Virus record (IMG/VR): IMGVR_UViG_2687453442_000006
From: a virus
Taxonomy: Duplodnaviria; Heunggongvirae; Uroviricota; Caudoviricetes
DNA length: 49,011 nt
Strand: one strand, 5' to 3'
The translations under genes were made by a program, and so were the position numbers. Below are positions 10,622-25,093 of the stretch, one piece after another (the first letter of the stretch is position 1; each line of letters starts with the position of its first letter). The notes beneath the pieces are model-generated. The model was not told the DNA's origin, ran no database searches, and saw only the letters and a list, made by a program, of their open reading frames with translations.

Positions 10622-13179
10622 CGTCCACCTCCGGAGAACAGGCCACCATCACGCATCTGTGTCTGAATTTCATCACGGGCACCCTTGCGGGCCATGTCAT
10701 ACACCGCCTTCAGAGCAGCCGGACCTATCTGCCCGTTCGTGCCGTCGTTGTTAATCACCACATGGTTATTCTGCTCAAACGTCCCGGACGCCTGCGACCG
10801 GCTGTCTGCCATGCTGCCCGGTGTACCGACATAACCGCCGGTGGCATAGCCGCGCATCAGCCGGTAAAGATTCCCCACGCCAATCCGGCTGGTTGCCTCC
10901 TTCGTGAAGACAAACTCACCACGGTGAACAATCCCCGCTGGCTCATATTTGCCGCCGGTTCCCGTAAATCCTCCGGTTGCAAAATGGAATTTCGCCGCAG
11001 CGGCCTGAATGGCTGTACCGCCTGACGCGGATGCGCCGCCACCAACAGCCCCGCCAATGGCGCTGCCGATACTCCCGACAATCCCCACCATTGCCTGCTT
11101 AAGCAGAATTTCTGTCATCATGGACAGCACGGAACGGGTGAAGCTGCGCCAGTTCTGCTCACTGCCGGTCAGCATCGCCGCCATATTCTGTGCAATACCA
11201 TCAAAGGTCTGCGTGGCTGCACTTTTTACCTGCGACATACTGTCCGTGGCGCTCTCTTCCCACTCACTCCAGCCGGACTTCAGGCCTGCCATCCAGTTCC
11301 CGCGAAGCTGGTCTTCAGCCGCCCAGGTCTTTTTCTGCTCTGACATGACGTTATTCAGCGCCAGCGGATTATCGCCATACTGTTCCTTCAGGCGCTGTTC
11401 CGTGGCTTCCCGTTCTGCCTGCCGGTCAGTCAGCCCCCGGCTTTTCGCATCAATGGCGGCCCGTTTTGCCCGTTGCTGCTGTGCGAATTTATCCGCCTGC
11501 TGCGCCAGCGCGTTCAGGCGCTCCTGATACGTAACCTTGTCGCCAAGTGCAGCCAGCTGGCGTTTGTACTCCAGCGTCTCATCTTTATGCGCCAGCAGGG
11601 ATTTCTCCTGTACAGACAGCTGGCGACGTTGCGCCGCCTCCTCCAGTACCGCGAACTGACTCTCCGCCTTCCACAAATCCCGGCGCTGCTGGCTGATTTT
11701 CTCATTTGCTCCGGCATGCTTCTCCAGCGTCCGGAGTTCAGCCTGAAGCGTCAGCAGGGCAGCATGAGCACTGTCTTCCTGACGATCGCCCGCAGACACC
11801 TTCACGCCGGACTGCTTCGGCTTTTTCAGTGTCGTTTCATAGTCCTTTTTCGCTGCCGCCATCAGCGTGTTGTAATCTGCCTGCAGGATTTTTCCGTCTT
11901 TCAGGGCCTTATTCAGTTCTTCCTGACGGGCGGCATATTTCTCCAGCGGCGTCTGCAGCCGTTCGTAAGCCTTCTGCGCCTCTTCGGTATATTTCAGCCG
12001 TGACGCTTCGGTATCGCTCTGCTGCTGCGCATTTTTGTCCTGTTGACTCTGCTGTTCAGCCTTCTTTCGGGCGGCTTCAAGCGCAAGACGGGCCTTTTCA
12101 CGATCATCCCAGTAACGCGCCCGCGCTTCATCGTTAACAAAATAATCATCCTTGCGCAGATTCCAGATGTCGTCTGCTTTCTTAAACGCAGCCTCTGCCT
12201 TAATCAGCATCTCCTGCGCGGTATCAGGACGACCAATATCCAGCACCGCATCCCACATGGATTTGAATGCCCGCGCAGTCCTGTCTGCCCAGGTCTCCAG
12301 CGTGCCCATGTTCTCTTTCAGGCGGCGGGTCTGGTCATCAAACCCTTTCGTTGCGGCCTCGTTCGCCGCCTGCAATGCCCCGGCTTCATCGCCGGAACGC
12401 TGCAACTGAGCAACATACGCAATCTGCTCCGCCGTCACGTTATGGAACTGGCGTGCCATCGCCGTCAGCCCCGACGTCGGGTCTGTGGTCAGCTTCCCGA
12501 AGGCTTCAGCGACCTTGTCCACCTCCACGCCGGATGCAGAGGAGAAACGCGCCACACTCTGGCTGATGGACGCAATCTGAGCCTCACCGCTTACCCCCGC
12601 CTTAACCAGTGCGCTGAGTGACTCGCTGGTCTGGTTAAACGTCAGCCCTGCCGCCTGCCCGGCTCTGGACAGGACCAGCATACGATCTGCCGTCAGACCC
12701 GCCTGATTGCCGGAAAGGACCAGCGTTTTGTTGAAATCGGACAGGGTTGAGTTGCCCTGATACCAGGCATACGCCAGCGCACCGGTCGCCACCGCCAGCG
12801 AGGTGGCCCCCACCATCGGCAGGGTGATCGCACCGGCAAGCCCCCTGAACATGGGGATCATCCCGCCGAAGGAGTCCTTCACCTGCCCCCCCTGTTGCAG
12901 CAGGATCAGCCACGGACTTTGCCCGCCTGCAAGCTGCGTGGCCACGTCGGTGAACTGTGCAGGCAGCATACGCATGGCGGCTTTATACTGCCCGACGGAA
13001 ATCCCCGCTTTCTGTGCAGCCAGCGCCTGTCGGCTCAGCGACTGTTCAACGACTGCCGCTGTTTTTTTCGCATCACTTTCCGTACCGGAAAAATGACGCC
13101 TGACTCTGGCCATCTGCTCGTCAAATCTGGCCGCATCCAGACTCAAATCAACGACCAGATCGCCTACCGGTTCAGCCAT
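10618..13179 (-). CDS. H: Tail tape measure protein H
   Basis: 853-aa ORF MAEPVGDLVVDLSLDAARFDEQMARVRRHFSG...; same length as lambda H with matching ends. Confidence 0.95.
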   Translation of the reverse strand: MAEPVGDLVVDLSLDAARFDEQMARVRRHFSGTESDAKKTAAVVEQSLSRQALAAQKAGISVGQYKAAMRMLPAQFTDVATQLAGGQSPWLILLQQGGQVKDSFGGMIPMFRGLAGAITLPMVGATSLAVATGALAYAWYQGNSTLSDFNKTLVLSGNQAGLTADRMLVLSRAGQAAGLTFNQTSESLSALVKAGVSGEAQIASISQSVARFSSASGVEVDKVAEAFGKLTTDPTSGLTAMARQFHNVTAEQIAYVAQLQRSGDEAGALQAANEAATKGFDDQTRRLKENMGTLETWADRTARAFKSMWDAVLDIGRPDTAQEMLIKAEAAFKKADDIWNLRKDDYFVNDEARARYWDDREKARLALEAARKKAEQQSQQDKNAQQQSDTEASRLKYTEEAQKAYERLQTPLEKYAARQEELNKALKDGKILQADYNTLMAAAKKDYETTLKKPKQSGVKVSAGDRQEDSAHAALLTLQAELRTLEKHAGANEKISQQRRDLWKAESQFAVLEEAAQRRQLSVQEKSLLAHKDETLEYKRQLAALGDKVTYQERLNALAQQADKFAQQQRAKRAAIDAKSRGLTDRQAEREATEQRLKEQYGDNPLALNNVMSEQKKTWAAEDQLRGNWMAGLKSGWSEWEESATDSMSQVKSAATQTFDGIAQNMAAMLTGSEQNWRSFTRSVLSMMTEILLKQAMVGIVGSIGSAIGGAVGGGASASGGTAIQAAAAKFHFATGGFTGTGGKYEPAGIVHRGEFVFTKEATSRIGVGNLYRLMRGYATGGYVGTPGSMADSRSQASGTFEQNNHVVINNDGTNGQIGPAALKAVYDMARKGARDEIQTQMRDGGLFSGGGR

Positions 13180-13606
13180 ACCGGACTCCTCCTGCGATCC
13201 CTTCTGATACTGTCATCAGCATTACGTCATCCTCCGTCATGTCCGCCACATCCGGGGAAGCGGGGATAACTTCATTCCCGTCCGGGCCAAAGCGGACACC
13301 TCCGGCAAGCCCTGCCGCTTTCTGCATCAGCACATCATCTTCAGGCTCTTCGTCAGCCTCGCGCCGGTTCAGCAGACTGAAATCCAGCGGATGCATATCC
13401 GGATCGCTGAAAAACAGGCTGAGCACGGTGTACGTCAGCCCGGAAAAGTGCATATCCAGCAGAACATCATGAAAATAATGGGTACTGTAAAAGCGGTGCC
13501 AGTCGGCATACTCCGTGGATGACATCCCGGCAAGCATGGCACGCCAGTCGGGTCGCCCCATCTCACGCGCCAGTTTCAGGGCAAAACTCAGCTCACCGTC
13601 GAACAC
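13172..13606 (-). CDS. T: Tail assembly chaperone T frame, expressed as G-T fusion by -1 programmed frameshift
   Basis: 144-aa ORF overlapping the 3' end of G in the -1 frame; matches lambda T; slippery heptamer GGGAAAG present in the overlap. Confidence 0.8.
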   Translation of the reverse strand: MFDGELSFALKLAREMGRPDWRAMLAGMSSTEYADWHRFYSTHYFHDVLLDMHFSGLTYTVLSLFFSDPDMHPLDFSLLNRREADEEPEDDVLMQKAAGLAGGVRFGPDGNEVIPASPDVADMTEDDVMLMTVSEGIAGGVRYG

Positions 13607-14010
13607 TTTCCCGCAGAAACAGGCTCTGCAGGCCCGGCGTCCTCTGCCTGTTCGGGGGCATTATTCACCACAAACTCATACATACCGGACAGCCGGTACA
13701 CCACGTTTTCAGCATGAGAAATTGCCTCTGTGGGCCAGGTGGTAAGCACTTCCTGCTCAATCTGTTTAACGGCTTCATTCATGGACGGCATCTGCGTCTT
13801 CTTCGGATGGTTATGCCACAGGGACATCGCCACCAGAAACGCGCCGGTTCTGATGACGTCTTCCACAGTAACCTGCCGGTTGCTGTCGGATCCCGCCGGT
13901 TCTGCCTGCCGTTTCATCAGGGCAAGATGCTCAATACGCTGCAGGGCTGACAGTTCAGAAAGCGTGACGGTCACGCCGTTATATTCAAATGATTCGGTTT
14001 TCAGGAACAT
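13588..14010 (-). CDS. G: Tail assembly chaperone G
   Basis: 140-aa ORF MFLKTESFEYNGVTVTLSELSALQRIEHLALMKRQAEPAG... matches lambda G; ends ...SAGKCSTVS with the codons for AGK forming the slippery site. Confidence 0.9.
   Translation of the reverse strand: MFLKTESFEYNGVTVTLSELSALQRIEHLALMKRQAEPAGSDSNRQVTVEDVIRTGAFLVAMSLWHNHPKKTQMPSMNEAVKQIEQEVLTTWPTEAISHAENVVYRLSGMYEFVVNNAPEQAEDAGPAEPVSAGKCSTVS
13597..13603 (-). other. Programmed -1 ribosomal frameshift slippery heptamer GGGAAAG (G to G-T)
   Basis: Plus-strand CTTTCCC (reverse complement GGGAAAG) inside the G/T overlap; known lambda G-T frameshift mechanism; position approximate to about 2 bp. Confidence 0.7.
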
Positions 14011-14025
14011 CGCTGACTCTCCGGA

Positions 14026-14766
14026 TTAACTGGCGGTGACGGTGATTTCTGCAACCGCAGCAAACTCACCATTACCGGATACAACCGGAATGTTGACCTT
14101 GCCTGCAGCAACGCCGTTCACGGTGATGGTCATACCGCTGACCGACACGGTGGCTTTTGTTTTATCCGCAGACACCGCACGGAAGCTCTTGTCGGTTGCG
14201 CCCTCCGGCTGGAATGCCACGGTCAGCGTAGTGCTCTGCCCTTTCACTACGGAAGCACTGGCGGGTGTCACCGTCATGCCGGTTGTCGCCGTCACCGTGC
14301 TGCGATCTTCTGCCATCGACGGACGTCCCACGTTGGTGACTTTCACCGTGCGGGTGATCACTTCCTTCGCCGTCACCGCCTTACCGATACTGCTGACCCA
14401 GCCGCGGAACACATCGACCGTGCCGTTCGGGAAGCGGATTTTATAGGCACGGGTATCCCCTTCATTAAACCACGCCAGCAGCGCCTGCTGCCCCTGCTCT
14501 CCGGGCATCCACGCCAGCGTGAAGCTGGTATCTCCGGCAGATTTCTGCCCCTGCCCGGTCGCAGTCCAGTCCGCATCTTCATCATCGAGATAGCTGTCGT
14601 CATAGGACTCAGCGCTCAGTTCGCCGGGCGTCAGGTCTTTAACTTTAGCCAGACGCGACCAGTCAACGTCTGAAAGCGGGTTCGCATAAGGGTCACCGTT
14701 CCCCTTATAAACCCACAGGGTGGTCCCGGCCCCTTTCACCGGCATTACTGGATTTGGTACAGGCAT
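14026..14766 (-). CDS. V: Major tail protein V
   Basis: Track ORF 14026..14796; start moved in to [22 protein letters not shown] by lambda V homology; C-terminal Ig-like region ...AEITVTAS. Confidence 0.9.
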   Translation of the reverse strand: MPVPNPVMPVKGAGTTLWVYKGNGDPYANPLSDVDWSRLAKVKDLTPGELSAESYDDSYLDDEDADWTATGQGQKSAGDTSFTLAWMPGEQGQQALLAWFNEGDTRAYKIRFPNGTVDVFRGWVSSIGKAVTAKEVITRTVKVTNVGRPSMAEDRSTVTATTGMTVTPASASVVKGQSTTLTVAFQPEGATDKSFRAVSADKTKATVSVSGMTITVNGVAAGKVNIPVVSGNGEFAAVAEITVTAS

Positions 14767-14773
14767 ATCGTCC

Positions 14774-15169
14774 TCACATTTCATAGGTAATGACATAAGT
14801 CAGATCGGCTGAACTCCACAGGCCCGCATCATCGTCGCGCCGGTAGTCATAGCCACTGGCCACCATACTGGTGATCAAATCTGACAGTGCCGGGACATCG
14901 CTCATCACCGGATAAATCCGGGACTCCATCCACGAATCCAGCTCTGAATCCGGCACCTGAGCAGGCAGGAAAACTTCAATATGCAGCTCCGCCTGCCAGG
15001 TATCGCTGTCCAGCTCTTCGCCCGTGTATTCAGCGCCGGTGAGATAAACGGCAACTGCCGGAAAATCCGCCTCATCAAAAACAGCGGGGCGACCATCAAA
15101 AAGCGTCGCCCCGGTGTCATGCTTCTCCAGTGCATCCAGTACGGCTGCACGGAGTTCAGTATGTTTCAT
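14774..15169 (-). CDS. U: Tail terminator protein U
   Basis: 131-aa [55 protein letters not shown]... matches lambda U. Confidence 0.9.
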   Translation of the reverse strand: MKHTELRAAVLDALEKHDTGATLFDGRPAVFDEADFPAVAVYLTGAEYTGEELDSDTWQAELHIEVFLPAQVPDSELDSWMESRIYPVMSDVPALSDLITSMVASGYDYRRDDDAGLWSSADLTYVITYEM

Positions 15170-15744
15170 CGCTTTATTACCATTCTCAGTTGATGCTGCA
15201 GCGCATAGCCCAGCTCTTTCGGAAGACGTTCACGCCGTATCCGTTCAATATTCTGTTTAAACGCCGTGGTAAGCGGCACCGCCATCGGGATTTTCACCAC
15301 ATCAATGGGGTAACGGTTTTTCCCGGCCACACGCTGCATGACATGCCACCGGCCATTTTTCAGTTGCTGAATAAACGCGCCGGGAATACGACGGTTTCCC
15401 ACCACAAGCACGCTGCCGCCACCTTTCAGGGATGAACGCTGCCCCTTTTTACGACGTCTGCGGCGGGAAAGGACAACCCGCGCGTTACCCAGCTTGATTA
15501 CGGGCAAATCCCCCCGGTTAACCCTGATTCTGGCCTGCGGATTTTTGACCGTGGCCCTTTTCAGCCTGGCCCTTTCCTTTACCAGTTTCCGGCGTACCTT
15601 TGTCTCACGGGCAACCTGTGACGCAGACTGCGATATCGCGGATGACGCAACGCGGTTAATGGCCATTGCGGCGGCACCAGGCACCGCCGTTTTGCTGATA
15701 CGGCTGAGGTTTTCAACGGCCTGCTCAAGGCCTTTTATGGCCAT
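15166..15744 (-). CDS. Z: Tail completion protein Z
   Basis: 192-aa ORF MAIKGLEQAVENLSRISKTAVPGAAAMAINRVASS... matches lambda Z. Confidence 0.9.
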   Translation of the reverse strand: MAIKGLEQAVENLSRISKTAVPGAAAMAINRVASSAISQSASQVARETKVRRKLVKERARLKRATVKNPQARIRVNRGDLPVIKLGNARVVLSRRRRRKKGQRSSLKGGGSVLVVGNRRIPGAFIQQLKNGRWHVMQRVAGKNRYPIDVVKIPMAVPLTTAFKQNIERIRRERLPKELGYALQHQLRMVIKR

Positions 15745-15755
15745 ACATCCCCCTT

Positions 15756-16109
15756 TCAGCGGCGACGGTTAACGGCAGGCGGCACGCCACGCCCAAGCCA
15801 GAGATGACAGCTTCCGCCATCATCCGGCGAAATCCGGTCCACCCAGAAGTTTTCCTCGCCGATGGTCAGTGTGTCTCCACGCCGCAGCTGCCGCACATCA
15901 TCAGTCCGGACAAACAGGGACGGGCTGGAGCCTTCAACGCGCACCCCCTGTCCGGCATAGCTGATATTTTCAGGGTCATCAAAAACACCACGTATCACAG
16001 CACCGGACAGCTCACCGGATGTCATGGTGGCTGACGTTCCCATGTACCCGCGTATCGTTTCATCGGCGCGGGCAATGGCAGCATCGAACAGGTTATCGGA
16101 ATCAGCCAC
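15756..16109 (-). CDS. FII: Head-tail joining protein FII
   Basis: 117-aa ORF MADSDNLFDAAIARADETIRGYMGTSATMTSGELSGAVIRGVF... matches lambda FII. Confidence 0.9.
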   Translation of the reverse strand: MADSDNLFDAAIARADETIRGYMGTSATMTSGELSGAVIRGVFDDPENISYAGQGVRVEGSSPSLFVRTDDVRQLRRGDTLTIGEENFWVDRISPDDGGSCHLWLGRGVPPAVNRRR

Positions 16110-16120
16110 AGCGCCTCCCG

Positions 16121-16519
16121 TTATTGCATTCTGGCCAGGCCATGTTCTGTCATTTCGGCTGCCACACCGGCAGAGACACGAAACGCCGTTCCCGGCAGCA
16201 CAAATGCCACAGGCTCATCCCGCGTGGCGTGAAGTGCATCAGTATGCAGCGTCACCAGTGCCACGACCGTGACCAGTTCAGACGTATCCAGAATCACGGT
16301 ATCCGGCTGCGCTGATCCCACCTCATTTTCATGTCCGGTCAGCACATTTTCCCGGCTGAGAGGGGTGTCCTGACCGGCAGTTTCATCCGTGTCATCAAGC
16401 TCCTCTTCCAGCTCTGCCACACGGAGCGCCAGTTCTTCTTTCGTCCCCGTCAGGCTGACATCACGGTTCAGTTGCTCACCCAGCACCTGAAGACGGGCAA
16501 TCAGTTCATCTTTCGTCAT
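16121..16519 (-). CDS. FI: DNA packaging protein FI
   Basis: Track ORF 16121..16558; start moved in to MTKDELIARLQVLGEQLNRDVSLTGTKEELALRVAELEEE by lambda FI homology. Confidence 0.85.
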   Translation of the reverse strand: MTKDELIARLQVLGEQLNRDVSLTGTKEELALRVAELEEELDDTDETAGQDTPLSRENVLTGHENEVGSAQPDTVILDTSELVTVVALVTLHTDALHATRDEPVAFVLPGTAFRVSAGVAAEMTEHGLARMQ

Positions 16520-16560
16520 GGACTCCTCCACAGAGAGAAAATGGCCCCGAAGGGCCATGA

Positions 16561-17586
16561 TTACGCCAGTTGTACGGACACGAACGCATCAGGATCAGCC
16601 AGCAGCATCAGCGGTGCTGACTGAATCATGGTGAACTCACGCGCCGGATCGCCGGTGGTCACCCAGTTTTTCGGGTAGCGGGCAGAGGCGTTAATACCTT
16701 CGCGCTGTGCGTCCGCATCCTGAATGCAGCCATAGGTGCGCAGACCGCGTGCCTGAGTGTTCCCCAGCACCATCGTGTTGTCCGGCAGGAAGTTCTTTTT
16801 GACGTCGTTTTCCACGTACTGTCCGGAATACACGACGATCGCCGTATCGCCATACATCCCCTTATAGGACACCGCTTCGCCCAGGTCTTTTACCGCTGTC
16901 TCCAGCTCGGAATTAGAGCCGCGACGGGTATCCAGCTTCTCCTTGACGGCTTTGAAGGAACGGAACAGCGCCCAGCCTTTCGGATCAAACACGATGATAT
17001 TCACCACGCCGCTGGCGTTCAGCGCGTAGGCTTCGATATCGTCGGTCGGGTCATACGTGGACTTGTCACGCTTGCTCCACTCCGTGCCGCCGGACTGCGT
17101 GATGTTGTTCGCCGCACTGCGGCCCATATCCACCTCAACCGGATCGAAGGCTTCACCGGTCATGGTGTATTTGCCCTTGAGCACGGCAGAAACTGCCTGC
17201 ATCTCTTCGACCTGAGCAATGGCCAGCTCTTCGTCACGCATGTTCTGCAGGATGATGCGACGGCGGCGGTAAGCCGGGTCCGCCAGATTCTGCGGATCTT
17301 CATCCGGCAGGCGACGCAGGGTCATCTGCGGATTCACCTCATGCTTCGGCTTGACATAACCCGGCGTAAATTCAGAGGTGGAGCCGCCACGGGAACGGAT
17401 AACCTCACCGGAAACAATTGGCGAAACGTACAGCGCCATGTTTACCAGTCCAGGAATTTGTGAGAGATAGACTTTCTCCGTGGTGAAGGGATAGCTCTCA
17501 CGGAAAAAGAGACGCAGAAACAGCGGATCAAACTTAAATTTCTGCTCATTTGCCGCCAGCAGCTGGGCGGTTGTGTACATCGACAT
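16561..17586 (-). CDS. E: Major capsid protein E
   Basis: Track ORF 16561..17613; start moved in to MSMYTTAQLLAANEQKFKFDPLFLRLFFRESYPFTTEKVYLSQIPGLVNMALYVSP (341 aa) by lambda E homology. Confidence 0.95.
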   Translation of the reverse strand: MSMYTTAQLLAANEQKFKFDPLFLRLFFRESYPFTTEKVYLSQIPGLVNMALYVSPIVSGEVIRSRGGSTSEFTPGYVKPKHEVNPQMTLRRLPDEDPQNLADPAYRRRRIILQNMRDEELAIAQVEEMQAVSAVLKGKYTMTGEAFDPVEVDMGRSAANNITQSGGTEWSKRDKSTYDPTDDIEAYALNASGVVNIIVFDPKGWALFRSFKAVKEKLDTRRGSNSELETAVKDLGEAVSYKGMYGDTAIVVYSGQYVENDVKKNFLPDNTMVLGNTQARGLRTYGCIQDADAQREGINASARYPKNWVTTGDPAREFTMIQSAPLMLLADPDAFVSVQLA

Positions 17587-17641
17587 AAAAAAATCCCGTA
17601 AAAAAAGCCGCACAGGCGGCCTTTAGTGATGAAGGGTCAGG

Positions 17642-17974
17642 TTAAACGATGCTGATTGCCGTTCCGGCAAACGCGGTCCGTTTTTTCGTCTCGTCGCTGG
17701 CAGCCTCCGGCCAGAGCACATCCTCATAACGGAACGTGCCGGACTTGTAGAACGTCAGTGTGGTGCTGGTCTGGTCAGCAGCAACTGCAAGAATGCCAAC
17801 GGCAGCACCGTCGGTGGTGCCATCCCACGCAACCAGCTTACGGCTGGAGGTGTCCAGCATCAGCGGGGTCATTGCAGGCGCTTTCGCACTCAATCCGCCG
17901 GGCGCGGTTGCGGTATGAGCCGGGTCACTGTTGCCCAGCGGCTGGTAATGGGTAAAGGTTTCTTTGCTCGTCAT
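17642..17974 (-). CDS. D: Capsid decoration protein D
   Basis: Track ORF 17642..17980; start at [52 protein letters not shown] (110 aa) by lambda D homology. Confidence 0.9.
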   Translation of the reverse strand: MTSKETFTHYQPLGNSDPAHTATAPGGLSAKAPAMTPLMLDTSSRKLVAWDGTTDGAAVGILAVAADQTSTTLTFYKSGTFRYEDVLWPEAASDETKKRTAFAGTAISIV

Positions 17975-17983
17975 AAACATCCC

Positions 17984-19283
17984 TTACACTGGTGTGTTCA
18001 GCAAATCGTTAACGGCATCAGATGCCAGGTTACCTGCAGCCAGCGGTGCCGGTGCCCCCTGCATCAGACGATCCAGCGCAGTGTCACTGCGCGCCTGTGC
18101 ACTCTGTGGTGCAACTGCCAGAATGCGGCGGGCCGTTTCCACGGTCATACCAGGGGTTTCGGCCAGCACGCGTGCCTGTTCTTCGCGTCCGTGAGCTTCC
18201 TCACAGTTGAGGATCCCCATAATGCGACTGTTTTCTGCCGCAACCGCTGCGGTGATCTGCGCGTTCACGTCCGGCTGCGCAGCGCTGGCGTTCTCGCCCT
18301 CCGTCGCTGGCACCACGCCAGTAACGTCAGCCTGCGAAGCAGTGGCTGAAACAGTTGTTGATTGAGTCTCTTTGGTCATTCGCCCTCCTGAGAGACGGGA
18401 TTTACGTGCATCCAGTGCATCACGCATGACGGTGATCGCATCGGTACTGTTAACAAGTTCATCAGCCAGTCCGGCATCAATGGCCTCCTGACCGCTGTAC
18501 ACTGCAGCCTCGGTATCCAGCACAGCCTGCACGGACAGGCCGGTATATGCCGACACCTTCTGTGCAAACATCCGGCGGGTTGCATCCATCCGGGACTGCA
18601 GTGTTTCCCGGACATCATCCGGTAGATGGCTGTAGGGGTTGCCATCCACCTTATGGCTGCCGCTGTAAATCAGCGTGATTTCCACGCCCTGTTTCTCCAG
18701 CGCAGCACCGTAATTACTGTGAGCCATCATGACGCCGATGGAGCCTGTCCGGGCGGTCTGCGTGACCAGACGTCGGGAGGCGGCGCTGGCAAGCAACTGA
18801 CCTGCACTGCAGTTCATGTCGTTGGCCAGCGCCCATACCGGCTTTATGTCACGCACACGGGCGATGATGTCAGCGCAGTCAAATGCCCCTGCCACCATCC
18901 CGCCTGGCGTATCCATATCGAGCAGAATGCCGTCCACCATCGGGTCGCTGGCAGCCTGTTGCAGACGGGCGATAATGCCGTTGTAACCGGTCATCCCCGA
19001 ATACGGCTGCAGCGCTCGCGTCCGACTGACCAGCGTGCCGGACACCGGCAGCACGGCGATGCCGTTCATGACCTGATAACTGCGGGCCTGTCGTGGTCCG
19101 TCATCATCAACGGATAACGCCAGCGCCGCGGGTGCCTCTCCGGCAGTCAGGCTGTCGCCGGATACCGCATCCGTCAGGCGGCTGATCCCAAGCTGGCCTG
19201 CAAGCGCACAAAAGAAAACCCGCGCATAGGCGGGTTCAAGCATCAGCGGCTCATTAAAGGCCATACTGGCAATATGCGGGAGA

Positions 19284-19303
<20 letters not shown>
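17984..19303 (-). CDS. C: Prohead protease / minor capsid protein C (scaffold Nu3 nested in-frame in its 3' part)
   Basis: Track ORF 17984..19438 contains lambda-C-like sequence from VTAELRNLPHIASMAFNEPLMLEPAYARVFFCALAGQLG; start placed at the in-frame GTG about 20 nt inside B, as in lambda; upstream extension rejected. Confidence 0.8.
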
Positions 19304-22984
<3,681 letters not shown>

Positions 22985-23010
<26 letters not shown>

Positions 23011-23530
23011 TCAGCAACCCCGGTATCAGTTCATCCAGCGCGGCTGCTTTGTTCATGGCTTTGATGATATCCCGTTTCAGGAAATCAACATGTCGGTTTT
23101 CCAGTTCCGGAAAACGCCGCTGCACCGACAGGGGGATCCCGTCGAGAATACTGGCAATTTCACCTGCGATCCGCGACAGCACGAAAGTACAGAATGCGGT
23201 TTCCACCACTTCAGCGGAGTCTCTGGCATTTTTCAGCTCCTGTGCGTCGGCCTGCGCACGCGTAAGTCGATGGCGTTCGTACTCAATAGTCCCTGGCTGG
23301 AGATCTGTCTCGCTGGCCTGTCGCAGTTCTTCAACCTCCCGGCGCAGCTTTTCGTTCTCAATTTCAGCATCCCTTTCGGCATACCATTTTATGACGTCGG
23401 CAGAGTCATAAAGCACCTCATTACCCTTCCCACCGCCTCGCAGAACGGGCATTCCCTGCTCCTGCCAGTTCTGAATAGTACGGATACTCGCGCCGAAAAT
23501 GTCAGCCAGCTGCTTTTTGTTGACTTCCAT
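22985..23530 (-). CDS. nu1: Terminase small subunit Nu1
   Basis: 181-aa ORF MEVNKKQLADIFGASIRTIQNWQEQGMPVLRGGGKGNEVLYDSADVIKWYAERD... matches lambda Nu1. Confidence 0.95.
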
Positions 23531-23760
23531 TGTTCATTCCACGGACAAAAACAGAGAAAGGAAACGACAGAGGCCAAAAAGCCCGTTTTCAGCACCTGTC
23601 GTTTCCTTTCTTTTCAGGGAGTGTTTTAAATAAAAACATTAAGTTACGACGAAGAAGAACGGAAACACCTTAAACCGGAAAATTTTCATAAATAGCGAAA
23701 ACCCGCGAGGTCGCCGCCCCGTAACCTGTCGGATCGCCGGAAAGGACCCGCAAAATGATA
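23531..23760. other. cos site (cosB, cosN with 12-nt cohesive end, cosQ side)
   Basis: Reverse complement of this region reads GGGCGGCGACCTCGCGGGTTTTCGCTATTTATGAAAATTTTCCGGTTTAAGG... (lambda left end), preceded by lambda-right-end-like sequence; cohesive-end 12-mer near 23708..23719 (approximate). Confidence 0.75.
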
Positions 23761-23918
23761 ATAATTATCATCTGCATGTCACAACGTGCATCTACGCCAT
23801 CAAACCACGTCAAATAATCAATTATGACGCAGGTATCGTATTAATTGATCTGCATCAACTTAACGTAAAAACAACTTCAGACAATACAAATCAGTGACAC
23901 TGAATACAGGGCAACCTC

Positions 23919-24152
23919 ATGTCAACGAAGAACAGAACCCGCAGAACAACAACCCGCAACATCCGCTTTCCTAACCAAATGATTGAACAAATTAACATCG
24001 CTCTTGATCAAAAAGGGTCCGGGAATTTCTCAGCCTGGGTCATTGAAGCCTGCCGCCGGAGACTGTGCTCAGAAAAAAGAGTTTCTCCTGAAGCAAACAA
24101 AGAAAAGAGTGACATTACTGAATTGCTCAGAAAACAGATCAGACCAGATTGA
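23919..24152 (+). CDS. Small DUF3950/YlcI-like protein (possible ribbon-helix-helix)
   Basis: 77-aa ORF MSTKNRTRRTTTRNIRFPNQMIEQINIALDQKGSGNFSAWVIEACRRRL...; resembles DLP12 YlcI as I recall it, which also sits next to the Nu1 homolog; family assignment from memory only. Confidence 0.5.
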   Translation: MSTKNRTRRTTTRNIRFPNQMIEQINIALDQKGSGNFSAWVIEACRRRLCSEKRVSPEANKEKSDITELLRKQIRPD

Positions 24153-24395
24153 AGCAATTTAGATAATCGTGCAGACTACGCCCCCCTCATATCACATGGA
24201 AGGTTTATCTATGGATCAGGTAGTCATTTTTAAACAAATATTTGATAAAGTTCGAAACGATTTAAACTATCAATGGTTTTATTCTGAGCTAAAACGTCAT
24301 AATGTCTCACATTACATTTACTATTTAGCCACAGAGAATGGGTAATGGTGCCAACTTACTGATTTAGTGTATGATGGTGTTTTTGAGGTGCTCCC

Positions 24396-24671
24396 GTGGC
24401 TTCCATCTCCATCAGTTGTCCCTCCTGCTCAGCTACTGAAGGCGTGGTGCGTAACGGTAAAAGTACTGCCGGACATCAGCGCTATCTCTGCTCTCACTGC
24501 CGTAAAACATGGCAACTGCAGTTCACTTACACCGCTTCTCAACCCGGTACACACCAGAAAATCATTGATATGGCCATGAATGGTGTTGGATGCCGGGCAA
24601 CCGCCCGCATTATGGGCGTTGGCCTCAACACGATTTTACGTCACTTAAAAAACTCAGGCCGCAGTCGGTAA
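24396..24671 (+). CDS. insA: IS1 InsA
   Basis: 91-aa [91 protein letters not shown]; canonical IS1 InsA with zinc finger and HTH. Confidence 0.9.
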   Translation: MASISISCPSCSATEGVVRNGKSTAGHQRYLCSHCRKTWQLQFTYTASQPGTHQKIIDMAMNGVGCRATARIMGVGLNTILRHLKNSGRSR

Positions 24672-25093
24672 CCTCGCGCATACAGCCGGGCAGTGATGTG
24701 ATTGTCTGCGCTGAAATGGACGAACAGTGGGGCTACGTCGGTGCTAAATCACGTCAGCGCTGGCTGTTTTACGCGTATGACAGGATACGGAGGACGGTTG
24801 TGGCGCACGTCTTCGGTGAACGCACTCTGGCCACACTGGAGCGTCTTCTGAGCCTGCTGTCGGCCTTTGAGGTCGTGGTATGGATGACGGATGGCTGGCC
24901 GCTGTATGAATCCCGCCTGAAGGGAAAGCTGCACGTAATCAGCAAGCGTTACACTCAGCGCATTGAGCGACATAACCTGAATCTGAGACAACATCTGGCA
25001 AGGCTGGGACGGAAGTCACTGTCGTTCTCAAAATCGGTGGAGCTGCATGACAAAGTCATCGGGCATTATCTGAACATAAAACACTATCAGTAA
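24590..25093 (+). CDS. insB: IS1 InsB' frame (expressed as InsAB' transposase by -1 frameshift)
   Basis: 167-aa ORF overlapping insA in the -1 frame; sequence ...[33 protein letters not shown]...[69 protein letters not shown] is IS1 InsB. Confidence 0.85.
   Translation: MPGNRPHYGRWPQHDFTSLKKLRPQSVTSRIQPGSDVIVCAEMDEQWGYVGAKSRQRWLFYAYDRIRRTVVAHVFGERTLATLERLLSLLSAFEVVVWMTDGWPLYESRLKGKLHVISKRYTQRIERHNLNLRQHLARLGRKSLSFSKSVELHDKVIGHYLNIKHYQ

Noticed and set aside
11009-12621. Several 140-190-aa plus-strand ORFs antisense to H (tape measure)
   Set aside because: Overlap the well-supported H gene on the opposite strand; no ribosome-binding sites or recognisable domains.
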